DNA of 64,000 nt from Solirubrobacteraceae bacterium. Its GTDB lineage: Bacteria > Actinomycetota > Thermoleophilia > Solirubrobacterales > Solirubrobacteraceae. The stretch's first letter is position 1, and every line of letters begins with the position of its first letter. The stretch is taken from the NCBI GenBank assembly GCA_033855115.1, contig JAWVGJ010000075.1:751-64750 (forward strand), read 5' to 3'. The notes beneath the pieces are model-generated. The model was not told where the DNA came from. It made no database searches and saw only the letters and a list, made by a program, of their open reading frames with translations. Shown here one piece after another: positions 50,054 to 60,555 of the stretch. A program made the translations under genes and the position numbers.

Positions 50054-51229
50054 ATGGCACGCGCACTGCGGCCCATCAGTCACGACGATCGCCTGAGCCT
50101 CGTCGACCACCTCGACGAGCTTCGCCGCCGGCTCATCATCTCGGTGGTGACGCTGTTGGCGGCGTTCGCGTTCTGCTTCTGGCAAGAGGACGCGGTCCTG
50201 GACATCGTCACGAAGCCCTACAACGAGTCGCAGCACCTCGACACGCCCTCGAAGAAGAGCAAGGACCCGCTCGAACAGGCGGCGCGCTTTCAAAAGGAGC
50301 AGGCGCAGGCGCTGGGCGCGATCGCGCCCGCGCTGTCGAGAACGGCCACGACGCTGACATCGCTGCGCGCGGATGCAAAGCTCAGCGCGGCCCAGCAACG
50401 GCAGATCGACAGCTCGGTGGCGGCGCTCGCGAACGCCAGCCGCCAGGTCGCCGAGGCCGCCCAGGCCGTGCCGAGCACGCGACGCAACCCCGTGACGCTC
50501 GGGGTCACCGAGCCGTTCACCGCGACGATCACGGCCACCTTCTACGCCGCGCTGCTGCTCGCGATGCCGATGCTGCTGTTCCAGATGTACTCATTCGTGC
50601 TGCCGGCGTTCAGTCCGCGCGAACGCAGGGTCGCCCTGCCGCTCATGCTGATGGTGCCGGCGTTGTTCGTCGCCGGCGTCCTGTTCGGCTACTTCGTGGT
50701 GCTGACGCGGGCGGTGGACTTCCTTCAGAACTTCAACGACGACTCGTTCGACATCCTGCTTCAGGCCAAGGACTACTTCAAGTTCACGGTCTTCTTCGTG
50801 GCCGCGATCGGCGTGCTGTTTCAGATCCCGGTGGGCGTGCTGGCGATCACGCGCCTGCGGATCCTCACGCCGGCCCAGCTTGCCAAGAACCGCGGCTACG
50901 TCATCCTGGGGATCGCGATCGTCGCCGCCGTGGCGACCCCGACGCCCGATCCGGTGACGATGAGCCTCGCGATGGCCCCGCTGATCGTCCTCTTCGAGCT
51001 GAGTATCCTGCTGGCGAGGTGGATCGACCGCATCAAGCCGCCCGCGGACGACGAGGACGGCGACGACGAGGACGATCCTGAGGACGACGACGTCGATCTC
51101 ATGGACGACGTTGACGATGGCTTCGACGTCGATGAGTACGTCGAGCACCGCGAGGCCTTCGACGACGAGCGCGGCGACGGCGCTAGGCTCGATCCACCGA
51201 CACTGACCGATTCCAAACCGAAGGACTGA
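50054..51229 (+). CDS. tatC: twin-arginine translocase subunit TatC, expanded form (391 aa)
   Basis: SLVDHLDELRRRLI, VTEPF, FSFVLPA-type motifs (MYSFVLPAFSPRER), FQIPV, TPTPDP. Contains a roughly 90-aa insert after TM1 and a roughly 70-aa acidic tail. Confidence 0.9.
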   Translation: MARALRPISHDDRLSLVDHLDELRRRLIISVVTLLAAFAFCFWQEDAVLDIVTKPYNESQHLDTPSKKSKDPLEQAARFQKEQAQALGAIAPALSRTATTLTSLRADAKLSAAQQRQIDSSVAALANASRQVAEAAQAVPSTRRNPVTLGVTEPFTATITATFYAALLLAMPMLLFQMYSFVLPAFSPRERRVALPLMLMVPALFVAGVLFGYFVVLTRAVDFLQNFNDDSFDILLQAKDYFKFTVFFVAAIGVLFQIPVGVLAITRLRILTPAQLAKNRGYVILGIAIVAAVATPTPDPVTMSLAMAPLIVLFELSILLARWIDRIKPPADDEDGDDEDDPEDDDVDLMDDVDDGFDVDEYVEHREAFDDERGDGARLDPPTLTDSKPKD

Positions 51230-51237
51230 TCGCTTCC

Positions 51238-51927
51238 ATGCTGTTCGACCTGCGCGGTCGCGGCCGTCGCCGTACCGTGCAAGTTATCTACCTGGGCCTC
51301 GCCATCCTCATGGGTGGCGGCCTTGTGCTGTTCGGCATCGGCAGCAGCTCGAGCGGCGGCCTCTTCGACGCGCTCTCCGGCAACGCGGGCACGAGCGCGA
51401 CGTCGGCGATCGACAAGCGCGTCGAGCGCCAGGTCGCGGTCACGCGCCGGCGCCCGCAGGACGCGAAGGCGTGGTCGGCACTCGCGCAGGCGCGCTACCA
51501 GCGCGCCGGCATCGACGGCATCGCCGCGGATCAACAGACCTACAACGCCAAGGGCAAGGCGCAGCTGCGCCTCGCGGCGCAGGCCTGGGAGCGCCACCTC
51601 GCCCTGAATCCCAAGCAACCGGACGTGCGCACGGCGAAGTTCATGGTCCAGGCCTACGGGAAGGCGGGGATCAACGAGCTGCCGAAGGCCGTGCGCGCCC
51701 TGGAGATCGTGACGGACGCCGAGAAGCCCCCGAGCACGAACCTCTACCAGCAGCTGGCGCAACTGGCCTACACCGCCGGCGAGACGCGATCAGGCGATCT
51801 CGCCGCCGCTCGCGCCATCGAGCTGGCCCCCGCAAAGGACCGCAAGCCCTTGCGAGAGGCGCTCAACGCGCTCAAAAAGCAATCGACGACACAGCAGGTC
51901 CAGCCCCAGCCGTCTGCGACGGGCTAG
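51238..51927 (+). CDS. membrane-anchored hypothetical protein, helical-repeat (TPR-like) ectodomain
   Basis: N-terminal TM VIYLGLAILMGGGLVLFGI, then helical repeats (AKAWSALAQARYQRA..., LAQLAYTAGE...). No family recognised with confidence. Confidence 0.5.
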   Translation: MLFDLRGRGRRRTVQVIYLGLAILMGGGLVLFGIGSSSSGGLFDALSGNAGTSATSAIDKRVERQVAVTRRRPQDAKAWSALAQARYQRAGIDGIAADQQTYNAKGKAQLRLAAQAWERHLALNPKQPDVRTAKFMVQAYGKAGINELPKAVRALEIVTDAEKPPSTNLYQQLAQLAYTAGETRSGDLAAARAIELAPAKDRKPLREALNALKKQSTTQQVQPQPSATG

Positions 51928-51946
51928 GATTCCCCGGCTTCGTCCC

Positions 51947-52019
51947 GCCCCTGTAGCTCAACTGGCAGAGCAGCGGACTCTTAATCCGAAGGTTCCAGGT
52001 TCGATTCCTGGCGGGGGCA
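51947..52019 (+). tRNA. tRNA-Lys (anticodon CUU), no encoded CCA
   Basis: Hand-folded: acceptor GCCCCTG/CGGGGGC (one G-U pair), D arm GCTCAACTGGCAGAGC, anticodon arm GCGGA-CTCTTAA-TCCGA (one G-A mismatch at the top), variable loop AGGTT, T arm CCAGGTTCGATTCCTGG. 73 nt. Confidence 0.88.
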
Positions 52020-52079
52020 TTGAAGAGACGCATGCGCGTCTGGTAATCGGGAACGGACACTCCTCAACCCTATCTGTAG

Positions 52080-53321
52080 CTATTCGCCGCTCTGGTCCGA
52101 TCCGGCTTCGGGCAGGTCGTGTCTCGCTTGGTCCGGCTCGGTGACCTCGGGAGGAGTGCCGGTGTTGTCGTCGTGCATCGTCGGGTCGTCGAACAGGCGG
52201 AGGTACGGCTCGTATCGGAATAGCCTGCCGCGCTTTTGTCCGGTGACCTCGCGCAGAAGTCCCAACTCCACGAATCTGGCTACTAGCCGGTTCGCGGTCG
52301 GAAACGAGACCCCCAGAATCCGGGCAATGTAGTTGACGTTGACGAGGGGGCGTTGAAACAGAGCAGAGAGCACCCGCAGACCGTTCGTTCCCACCTCATC
52401 GATCACGAGAGTTCGGTGCAGCTCGCGAAGCTCGAAGATTCTTTCGGCGGTGTCGGTAGCTTCGTCGGCGGTGTGAGCGACGCCCCGTAGGAAGAACGCG
52501 AGCCATCCCTCCCAGTCCCCTCGCTCGCGAACGGCCATGAGACGGTCGTAGTACTCCGTCCGATGAAGCTTGAAGTAGTGGCTTAGGTAGAGGAGCGGTG
52601 CCCTGAGGACCCCGGAATGCACGAGCAGGAACGTGATGAGCAACCGCCCGACTCGGCCGTTGCCGTCGAGAAACGGGTGGATGGTCTCGAACTGAGCATG
52701 GCTAAGAGCTGCCTTGACGAGGACCGGCGTGTCGCCGTTCGAGTGGAGGTAGTTCTCAAACGCGTAGAGCGCTTCCATCATGTCGGGCACAGGAGGCGGC
52801 ACAAACGCTGCCTGGCTGAGCGAAGCGCCCGATGGTCCGATCCAGTTCTGCGTCGTTCGGAATTCGCCTGGAGTTGCCTGCGCCCCACGACCGTCTCGCA
52901 GCAGTTCCTCGTGGATTTCCCGGATCAGTCGTAGCGATAGCGGAAGCTCGTTGAGGAGGTCGAGGCCGACGTTCATGGCGCCGATGTAGTTGACGATGTC
53001 GCCGACGTCGGATCCTCGATCACTCGCATCCGGCTCTAGCTCGACCTCGAGTAGGTCCTCAAGACTGCTTTGGGTCCCCTCGATCTGGGAGCTGAGGACG
53101 GCCTCACGGCGAACGTACATCCCGACGAAGAAATCCGGGTCTGGAACGACCTTGACGATGCCATCTAGGCGTCCCAAAGCAATGTCAGCCTTCGACAGGA
53201 GCGGCAAGATGCCCGATGCCAGGTCTAGGGGCGGGTCGGGCGGCAGCGGAGCGGGCAAGAACGCTCGGTAGCCGCTCGGCTGAGCGACGAAACGACCTGC
53301 GCGATTGTCCTTGCCAGCCAA
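52080..53321 (-). CDS. Fic-family protein (Fic_N, Fic and C-terminal winged helix), class II with N-terminal inhibitory motif
   Basis: Active site HPFLDGNGRVGRLL, upstream SSQIEG matching (S/T)xxxE(G/N), C-terminal wHTH-like RILGVSFPTANRLVARFVELGLL. TTG start. Visibly lower GC than its surroundings. Confidence 0.88.
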   Translation of the reverse strand: MAGKDNRAGRFVAQPSGYRAFLPAPLPPDPPLDLASGILPLLSKADIALGRLDGIVKVVPDPDFFVGMYVRREAVLSSQIEGTQSSLEDLLEVELEPDASDRGSDVGDIVNYIGAMNVGLDLLNELPLSLRLIREIHEELLRDGRGAQATPGEFRTTQNWIGPSGASLSQAAFVPPPVPDMMEALYAFENYLHSNGDTPVLVKAALSHAQFETIHPFLDGNGRVGRLLITFLLVHSGVLRAPLLYLSHYFKLHRTEYYDRLMAVRERGDWEGWLAFFLRGVAHTADEATDTAERIFELRELHRTLVIDEVGTNGLRVLSALFQRPLVNVNYIARILGVSFPTANRLVARFVELGLLREVTGQKRGRLFRYEPYLRLFDDPTMHDDNTGTPPEVTEPDQARHDLPEAGSDQSGE

Positions 53322-53548
53322 GTCGCGGCTCCAATGCCGGCGCGGATGCGGGGAGCGCTTATTATAGTGCGACGGCCAAAATGTAAATAACGCTTCGGAT
53401 GGCTCGGCTCTAATTTCGACCGCGTTAATTAGCCGATTGCAGTTCCCGGCTGTATTTGCTTCTACCCCAGAAGGTCTTGAATAGCGCCGCTTCTTCGGGG
53501 CTGGAAATCAAGCTGGCGTTAGTTAGTAGCGAGAGGCATCCTCGCGCC

Positions 53549-54160
53549 TCATGACTCCGGCGCCAGCGCCCACAGCGCAAGCGAGTAGCGACGGCCATCG
53601 ATGACCGGAACGACCCGATGGGTCATCGTGGACGCAAACGCGATCAGCAGGCCGGGCCGGCTGCGGATGCTCACGACCTGATCGGGGCGCGGTTCGGTGC
53701 CGGGCGCAACTCCCGGGTGGAAGTGCAGCTCGCCGCCGGTGAAGTCGCTCTCGCCGTCGTTGAGCGCGACGACCAAGGAGATCCGTCGCCGGCGGACCTC
53801 CGACGGCCCGTCGTCGTCCAAGCCGCCGTCGGCGTGTGCGGCGAAGTGGTCGCCCCTGCGGTAGATCAGCGCGGTAACGCCGCTCACGTGCGAGATCTCG
53901 CAGCCGTAGCGCTGCTCGAGATCTCCGATCACGCCCCACAGCCGATCCTGCACGAGGATCTCCGTCTCGATCGCAAGGTCGGCGATTCTTCCCATGCGGC
54001 TGTCGGGATGGACGCCGAAATCATCGCCGAGCCAGATCTCCGCCTGCTGCTGATGCGAAGCGTCGATCTCGCGGATCACGTCACGGCACTCTTCGGGAGA
54101 GAGAAACGCCGCGATGCACGTCGGCAGCTCGGTCGCCGCTGTCGGCCCTCCCTCTCGCAT
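53549..54160 (-). CDS. 2OG-Fe(II) oxygenase superfamily protein
   Basis: ATG at 54160 (MREGGPT...). HxD...H pattern FAAHADGG ... MTHRVVPV ... RYSL. The N-terminal 290 aa of track ORF 53549-55030 is antisense to the next gene and not credible. Confidence 0.7.
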   Translation of the reverse strand: MREGGPTAATELPTCIAAFLSPEECRDVIREIDASHQQQAEIWLGDDFGVHPDSRMGRIADLAIETEILVQDRLWGVIGDLEQRYGCEISHVSGVTALIYRRGDHFAAHADGGLDDDGPSEVRRRRISLVVALNDGESDFTGGELHFHPGVAPGTEPRPDQVVSIRSRPGLLIAFASTMTHRVVPVIDGRRYSLALWALAPES

Positions 54161-54274
54161 CGGATGGCAGGCTACCCGCTTCTGCACCGCCGGCGCGAAG
54201 CGACGGACCCAGAGCCTGTATTGCCGCCGAGCCCGCCCGCGATTCCGTCCGGTGGCCGCGCTGCAATATCGGGG

Positions 54275-54967
54275 ATGGAGGACCATGAGCTGCTCAACGA
54301 GGTTCGACGCCTGCGCGGCGAGGGCGCCTCCCCGAAGGACATCGCACGCGCGCTCGGGCTCCGGCCCGCCGCGGTCGCCCCGCTCGTCCGCGAGGTCGCC
54401 GCTGAGCGGCGTCCGATCGCGATCGGAGAGACGCGCGTGGTCGGGTGCTGGGTCAGCCCGGGCTGGAGCAACGAGCTGATCGTCGAGCGCCTCGAGGGCT
54501 GGGACGACATCGACGTCGGCCCCGGCGGTCCGGCAGGCGTCGCGGTCGTGCTCGTGGCGCGGGCCGGACGCCACGACCGGGTCACAGCGTGCATCTACCT
54601 CGTGGACACCTTCTGCCTCGGTGTCAAGAACGTGACTGGTCCGCTGGAACTGCGCGACCGCGACCTGCCGGCCTTGGTACGCATGCACTACGCCGTCTTT
54701 CCCTGGCCCGCGCTGCGGGCGCCGATCGAGCTGGCGCGGCATCTCGTGCTCGGCGCGGTCTCCTTTTCGGCTGGTCTTGGATGTGCGCCGCACCCCGACT
54801 TCGAGGCGGCGCGCGGTCACCTCGGCGAGCTGCGCGAGTCGTGTGCGATCACGTTTGGTTGCGAGGGCCGGCCGCTGTACATCGCCGGCCCGCACGACGA
54901 CCCGATCGAGATCATGGAGACGCTGACCAATTCCGTAGGCAGCGATGGCTTCGCGGTCGCGGCCTGA
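54275..54967 (+). CDS. HTH-domain protein with uncharacterised C-terminal domain
   Basis: ATG at 54275. N-terminus ELLNEVRRLRGEGASPKDIARALGLRPAAVAPLV is HTH-like. The remaining roughly 180 aa (GCWVSPGWSNE..., CIYLVDTFCLGVKN...) match nothing I recognise. Confidence 0.55.
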   Translation: MEDHELLNEVRRLRGEGASPKDIARALGLRPAAVAPLVREVAAERRPIAIGETRVVGCWVSPGWSNELIVERLEGWDDIDVGPGGPAGVAVVLVARAGRHDRVTACIYLVDTFCLGVKNVTGPLELRDRDLPALVRMHYAVFPWPALRAPIELARHLVLGAVSFSAGLGCAPHPDFEAARGHLGELRESCAITFGCEGRPLYIAGPHDDPIEIMETLTNSVGSDGFAVAA

Positions 54968-55066
54968 GCTCTGGCATCGGATCGGGCAAGCGCCGATGAT
55001 CGGCCCCAGCCACGCGACACGCAACGCCAAAGGCCGCGTGGCCGAGCATGCCGCGCGCGGTACGGT

Positions 55067-55600
55067 TTGAGCGTGTCACCGGGGGACCCGAGCCTTCAGA
55101 CGCGGCTCGAAGTCGCGCTGCCGCCTCTGGACGACCGCGCCCGCCGACGGGCGGCCGCCGAGGACTGGCATCCCGAGTTGCTGGACCCCGAGGATCCGGA
55201 CGAGCGTGCCGTGCTGATCAGGCTTGCACATCCGGACATGGACGAGGCGATCGAACAAGGGGTCGAAGAGCTGCGCACCGGCGGGACGTCGGTCAACCCG
55301 CGGTTGCATTTGGTCATCCACGAGATGGTCGCGACACAGATCATCGACGGCGATCCGCAGGAGGTCTTCGACACGGCTCGGCGTCTGCTGGCGCTGGGCC
55401 GCGACCCCCACGAGGTGCTGCACATGCTGGGGTCCGTCGCCTCCACCCAGATCTGGACGGCGATGCATGATGAACACCAGTTCACCCGTGAGGATCAGCT
55501 TGCGGCTCTGGCTGCTCTGCCCCAGAGCTGGGACGAGCAAGCAGGCCGCGCGCCGGCCCGGCCCGCGGGGTCGCGCGGCCGGCGACGCCGGCGACGCTGA
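55067..55600 (+). CDS. DUF1841-like protein
   Basis: VNPRLHLVIHEMVATQIIDGDPQEVFDTARRLL..G.DPHEVLHMLGSV resembles the DUF1841 core. Arg-rich tail. Confidence 0.5.
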   Translation: MSVSPGDPSLQTRLEVALPPLDDRARRRAAAEDWHPELLDPEDPDERAVLIRLAHPDMDEAIEQGVEELRTGGTSVNPRLHLVIHEMVATQIIDGDPQEVFDTARRLLALGRDPHEVLHMLGSVASTQIWTAMHDEHQFTREDQLAALAALPQSWDEQAGRAPARPAGSRGRRRRRR

Positions 55601-55684
55601 CCGCCCGCCTCCGGACGTGCAGGCTCCTCGCTCCGGCAGTCGCTTACGGACGCCCAGCCGCCAAGACGGCTACCCTCGCGCGAC

Positions 55685-56464
55685 ATGAGCCTCGCGATTC
55701 TTGACGGTGCAGTGATGGACACGGCCGAAGCGCAGATTCCCGTCACCGACGACGGCCTGCTGCGCGGCGACGGCGTCTTTGAGGTGATCCACCTCTACGA
55801 CGGGCAGCCGTTCGCCCTGGGCGAGCACCTCGAGCGGATGCGCCACAGCGCCGACGCGCTGCGCCTGCCGATCGACCTCGACGTGGTGCGGGCAGATGTC
55901 GAGACGCTGCTCGAAGCCACCGAGCCCGCCGACGGCGTGCTGCGACTGCTCGCCACGCGCGGCGGGCGGCGGATCGGCATCGTCGAGCAGCTTCCAGAGC
56001 TCCCCGACACGATCGCGCTCGCGACCATCACGTACTCGCCGACGCGCCTGCTTGACGGCGTCAAGTCGCTCTCCTACGCGGCGAACATGCTCGCGACCCG
56101 CCTGGCTCGCGAGCAGGGTGCCGACGAGGCGCTGCTCGTCACCCCGCACGGACGCGTGCTCGAAGGCCCTGTGACCTCGTTCTTCTACGTCCTGGACGGC
56201 AAGCTCTTCACGCCCCCGCTGGAGGATCGGATCCTGGACTCGATCACCCGCCGGGTGCTGCTGGCGGTGACTGACGCGCAGGAGCGCATCACGACGCGCG
56301 ACGACCTCGCGGGCGTGAGCGAGGCGTTTCTGGCGTCCTCGGCGCGCGAGGTACAACCGGTTCACGCGATCGACGGAGCACCGGTCGCCGCTGCGCCGGG
56401 CCCGATCTCGGCCGATGCCGCCGTGCGCGTGCGCGAGCACATCCAGGCCGCGCTCGGTCGTTGA
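55685..56464 (+). CDS. class IV aminotransferase (branched-chain/D-amino-acid aminotransferase or aminodeoxychorismate lyase-like)
   Basis: DDGLLRGDGVFEVI, EHLERMRHSADALRLP, VKSLSYAANMLA, EGPVTSFF, GILDSITR-type motif (RILDSITRR). Confidence 0.85.
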   Translation: MSLAILDGAVMDTAEAQIPVTDDGLLRGDGVFEVIHLYDGQPFALGEHLERMRHSADALRLPIDLDVVRADVETLLEATEPADGVLRLLATRGGRRIGIVEQLPELPDTIALATITYSPTRLLDGVKSLSYAANMLATRLAREQGADEALLVTPHGRVLEGPVTSFFYVLDGKLFTPPLEDRILDSITRRVLLAVTDAQERITTRDDLAGVSEAFLASSAREVQPVHAIDGAPVAAAPGPISADAAVRVREHIQAALGR

Positions 56465-57528
56465 AGGTCGTCACGGTCATCGGCAACCGGCCGCAGTTCG
56501 TGAAGGCCGCGGCCGTCTGCGGTCCGCTGCGAATGGCACACGACGAGCTGCTCGTCCACACCGGCCAGCACTACGACGACGAGCTGTCGACGATCTTCGT
56601 CGAGGAGCTCGGTCTCCCGCGACCGGACCTCGAACTGGGTCTCGGAGGTGGAACGAACACCGATCAGACGGCGCGGATGCTCGGCGCGATCGGCGAGCTG
56701 CTGCGCGACGAGCGGCCCGATGCCGTGCTCGTATACGGCGACACGAACTCAACGCTTGCGGGCGCTCTGGCGGCAGCACAGGCGCGCGTCCCGCTCGCGC
56801 ACGTCGAGGCGGGGATGCGATCGTTTGATCGCGCGATGCCCGAGGAGCTCAACCGCGTGCTCACCGACCATGCGTCGGATCTGCTGCTCGCGCCGTCCGA
56901 CCTCGCGGCGGCGAACCTGGCGCGCGAAGGCGTCGCCGGCGACGTCGAGGTCGTCGGCGACGTCATGGTCGACGTCGCGCAGATGGTCGCCCCGCGAGCG
57001 CGCGCCGACGGCGCGCCGCTCATCGACGCCGGGGTGAGCGCGGGGGAGTACGTGCTGGCGACGGCACACCGCGCCGGCACCGTCGACGACCCCGCGCGGC
57101 TGGAGCACTTGGTCGACCTGCTGCTCGGCCTCGGGTCGCCGGTCGTGCTGCCGCTGCATCCGCGCACGCGCACGCGCCTGCACGACGCCGGGCTGATGAC
57201 GCGCTTGGAGGCCGGTGTGATCGTCCGCCCGCCGCTGGGTTACGTCGCCTTCACCTCGCTGCTGATCCGCGCTCGCGCGGTCGTGACGGACTCCGGCGGC
57301 GTGCAGAAGGAGGCCTACCTGGCGGGCGTGCCGTGCGTCACTCTGCGCGACACGACGGAATGGGTCGAAACCGTCGAGGCCGGCTGGAACACGCTCGTCG
57401 ATCTCGATGCGGACGCTGCTCGAGCGGCCGTGCGACGTGCGGCGCCGGCGGCACGACCCGCGCTCTACGGCGACGGTCACGCTGGCGAACGAGTCGCCGC
57501 GGCGATGGCTAGGCTCCTGCCGGCATGA
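56461..57528 (+). CDS. wecB: UDP-N-acetylglucosamine 2-epimerase (non-hydrolysing)
   Basis: GNRPQFVKAA, HTGQHYD, VLVYGDTNSTLAGALAA, HVEAGMRSFDRAMPEELNR, TDSGGVQKEA. Confidence 0.9.
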   Translation: MKVVTVIGNRPQFVKAAAVCGPLRMAHDELLVHTGQHYDDELSTIFVEELGLPRPDLELGLGGGTNTDQTARMLGAIGELLRDERPDAVLVYGDTNSTLAGALAAAQARVPLAHVEAGMRSFDRAMPEELNRVLTDHASDLLLAPSDLAAANLAREGVAGDVEVVGDVMVDVAQMVAPRARADGAPLIDAGVSAGEYVLATAHRAGTVDDPARLEHLVDLLLGLGSPVVLPLHPRTRTRLHDAGLMTRLEAGVIVRPPLGYVAFTSLLIRARAVVTDSGGVQKEAYLAGVPCVTLRDTTEWVETVEAGWNTLVDLDADAARAAVRRAAPAARPALYGDGHAGERVAAAMARLLPA

Positions 57529-58232
57529 CCGACGCTGCCGGTGCTCCGGGACTCGTGCTCAGCCCGACGGCGTCGCTCGGCGCCGGCGTCGCGTTCGGGG
57601 CGCATGTCGTCGTCCACGACGGCGTCGTGATCGGCGATGGCTGCACGATCGGCGACGGCGCGGTGCTCGGCAAGGCGCCGACGCTCGGCGCACGCTCGAC
57701 GGCCTCCCGCGAGCCGCTGGACCCGCTCGTGCTCGAGGCCGGCGTGGTGATCGGGACCCAGGCGATCGTCTTTGCCGGAGCGCACATCGGTGCCGGCGCG
57801 ATCGTCGCCGATCAGGCGATGGTGCGCGAGCGCTGTACCGTCGGTCCCGACACCGTCGTCGGGCGCGCCAGCCTGCTCGACAACGATGTCGTCGTCGGCG
57901 CGCAGGTAAAGATCCAGTCCAGTGTCTACGTGACCGGCTACAGCATCATCGAGGACGACGTCTTCATCGGCCCTTGCGCGATGACCACGAACGACCACAC
58001 GATGGGCCGCCACCCGAAGGGCATCCGCTTGCAGGGCGCGATCCTGCGCCGCGCCTGCCGCGTCGGCGGCGCCGCGGTGCTGCTTCCGAATGTCGAGATC
58101 GGCGAGGAGGCCTTCGTCGCCGCGGGAGCCGTCGTAACCGCCACGGTACCGCCGCGGAAGGTCGTCATGGGTGTGCCGGCGCGCGTCGTGCGCGACGTGT
58201 CGGACGAGGATCTGCTGGAGAACTGGAGCTGA
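57525..58232 (+). CDS. left-handed beta-helix (hexapeptide-repeat) acyl/acetyltransferase
   Basis: Repeated [LIV]-G-x-x-x-x hexapeptides (VVHDGVVIGDGCTIGDGAVLGK...). ATGA overlap with wecB. Confidence 0.8.
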   Translation: MTDAAGAPGLVLSPTASLGAGVAFGAHVVVHDGVVIGDGCTIGDGAVLGKAPTLGARSTASREPLDPLVLEAGVVIGTQAIVFAGAHIGAGAIVADQAMVRERCTVGPDTVVGRASLLDNDVVVGAQVKIQSSVYVTGYSIIEDDVFIGPCAMTTNDHTMGRHPKGIRLQGAILRRACRVGGAAVLLPNVEIGEEAFVAAGAVVTATVPPRKVVMGVPARVVRDVSDEDLLENWS

Positions 58233-58235
58233 GCT

Positions 58236-60301
<2,066 letters not shown>

Positions 60302-60555
60302 GCGATAGGGCGCCGCGGTCGAACGGCGTGCGCTCCAGCCTAGGACACGCGGCGGCGACCACGGACGCCGCGACGATGCGTTGCGCCCAATCTGCGACAG
60401 ACGGTCAGTCGGGCATCCCACGGCTCGACTGCCGGCGCGGCGGGGGCTGACCTTCTTCATTGCCGGCGTAGCTTTGCTTGTGGTCTGTGAGTGCCGGCCT
60501 ATTCTTAGGGGAACGTGACGCTGAACACGATGTTTTCCGTGCCGGGCGGTGCGTC

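Noticed and set aside
53410-53431. Inverted repeat CTAATT-N10-AATTAG upstream of the Fic gene as an operator
   Set aside because: The arms are only 6 bp in an AT-rich stretch, which is easily chance. It is mentioned only as context in the islet finding.
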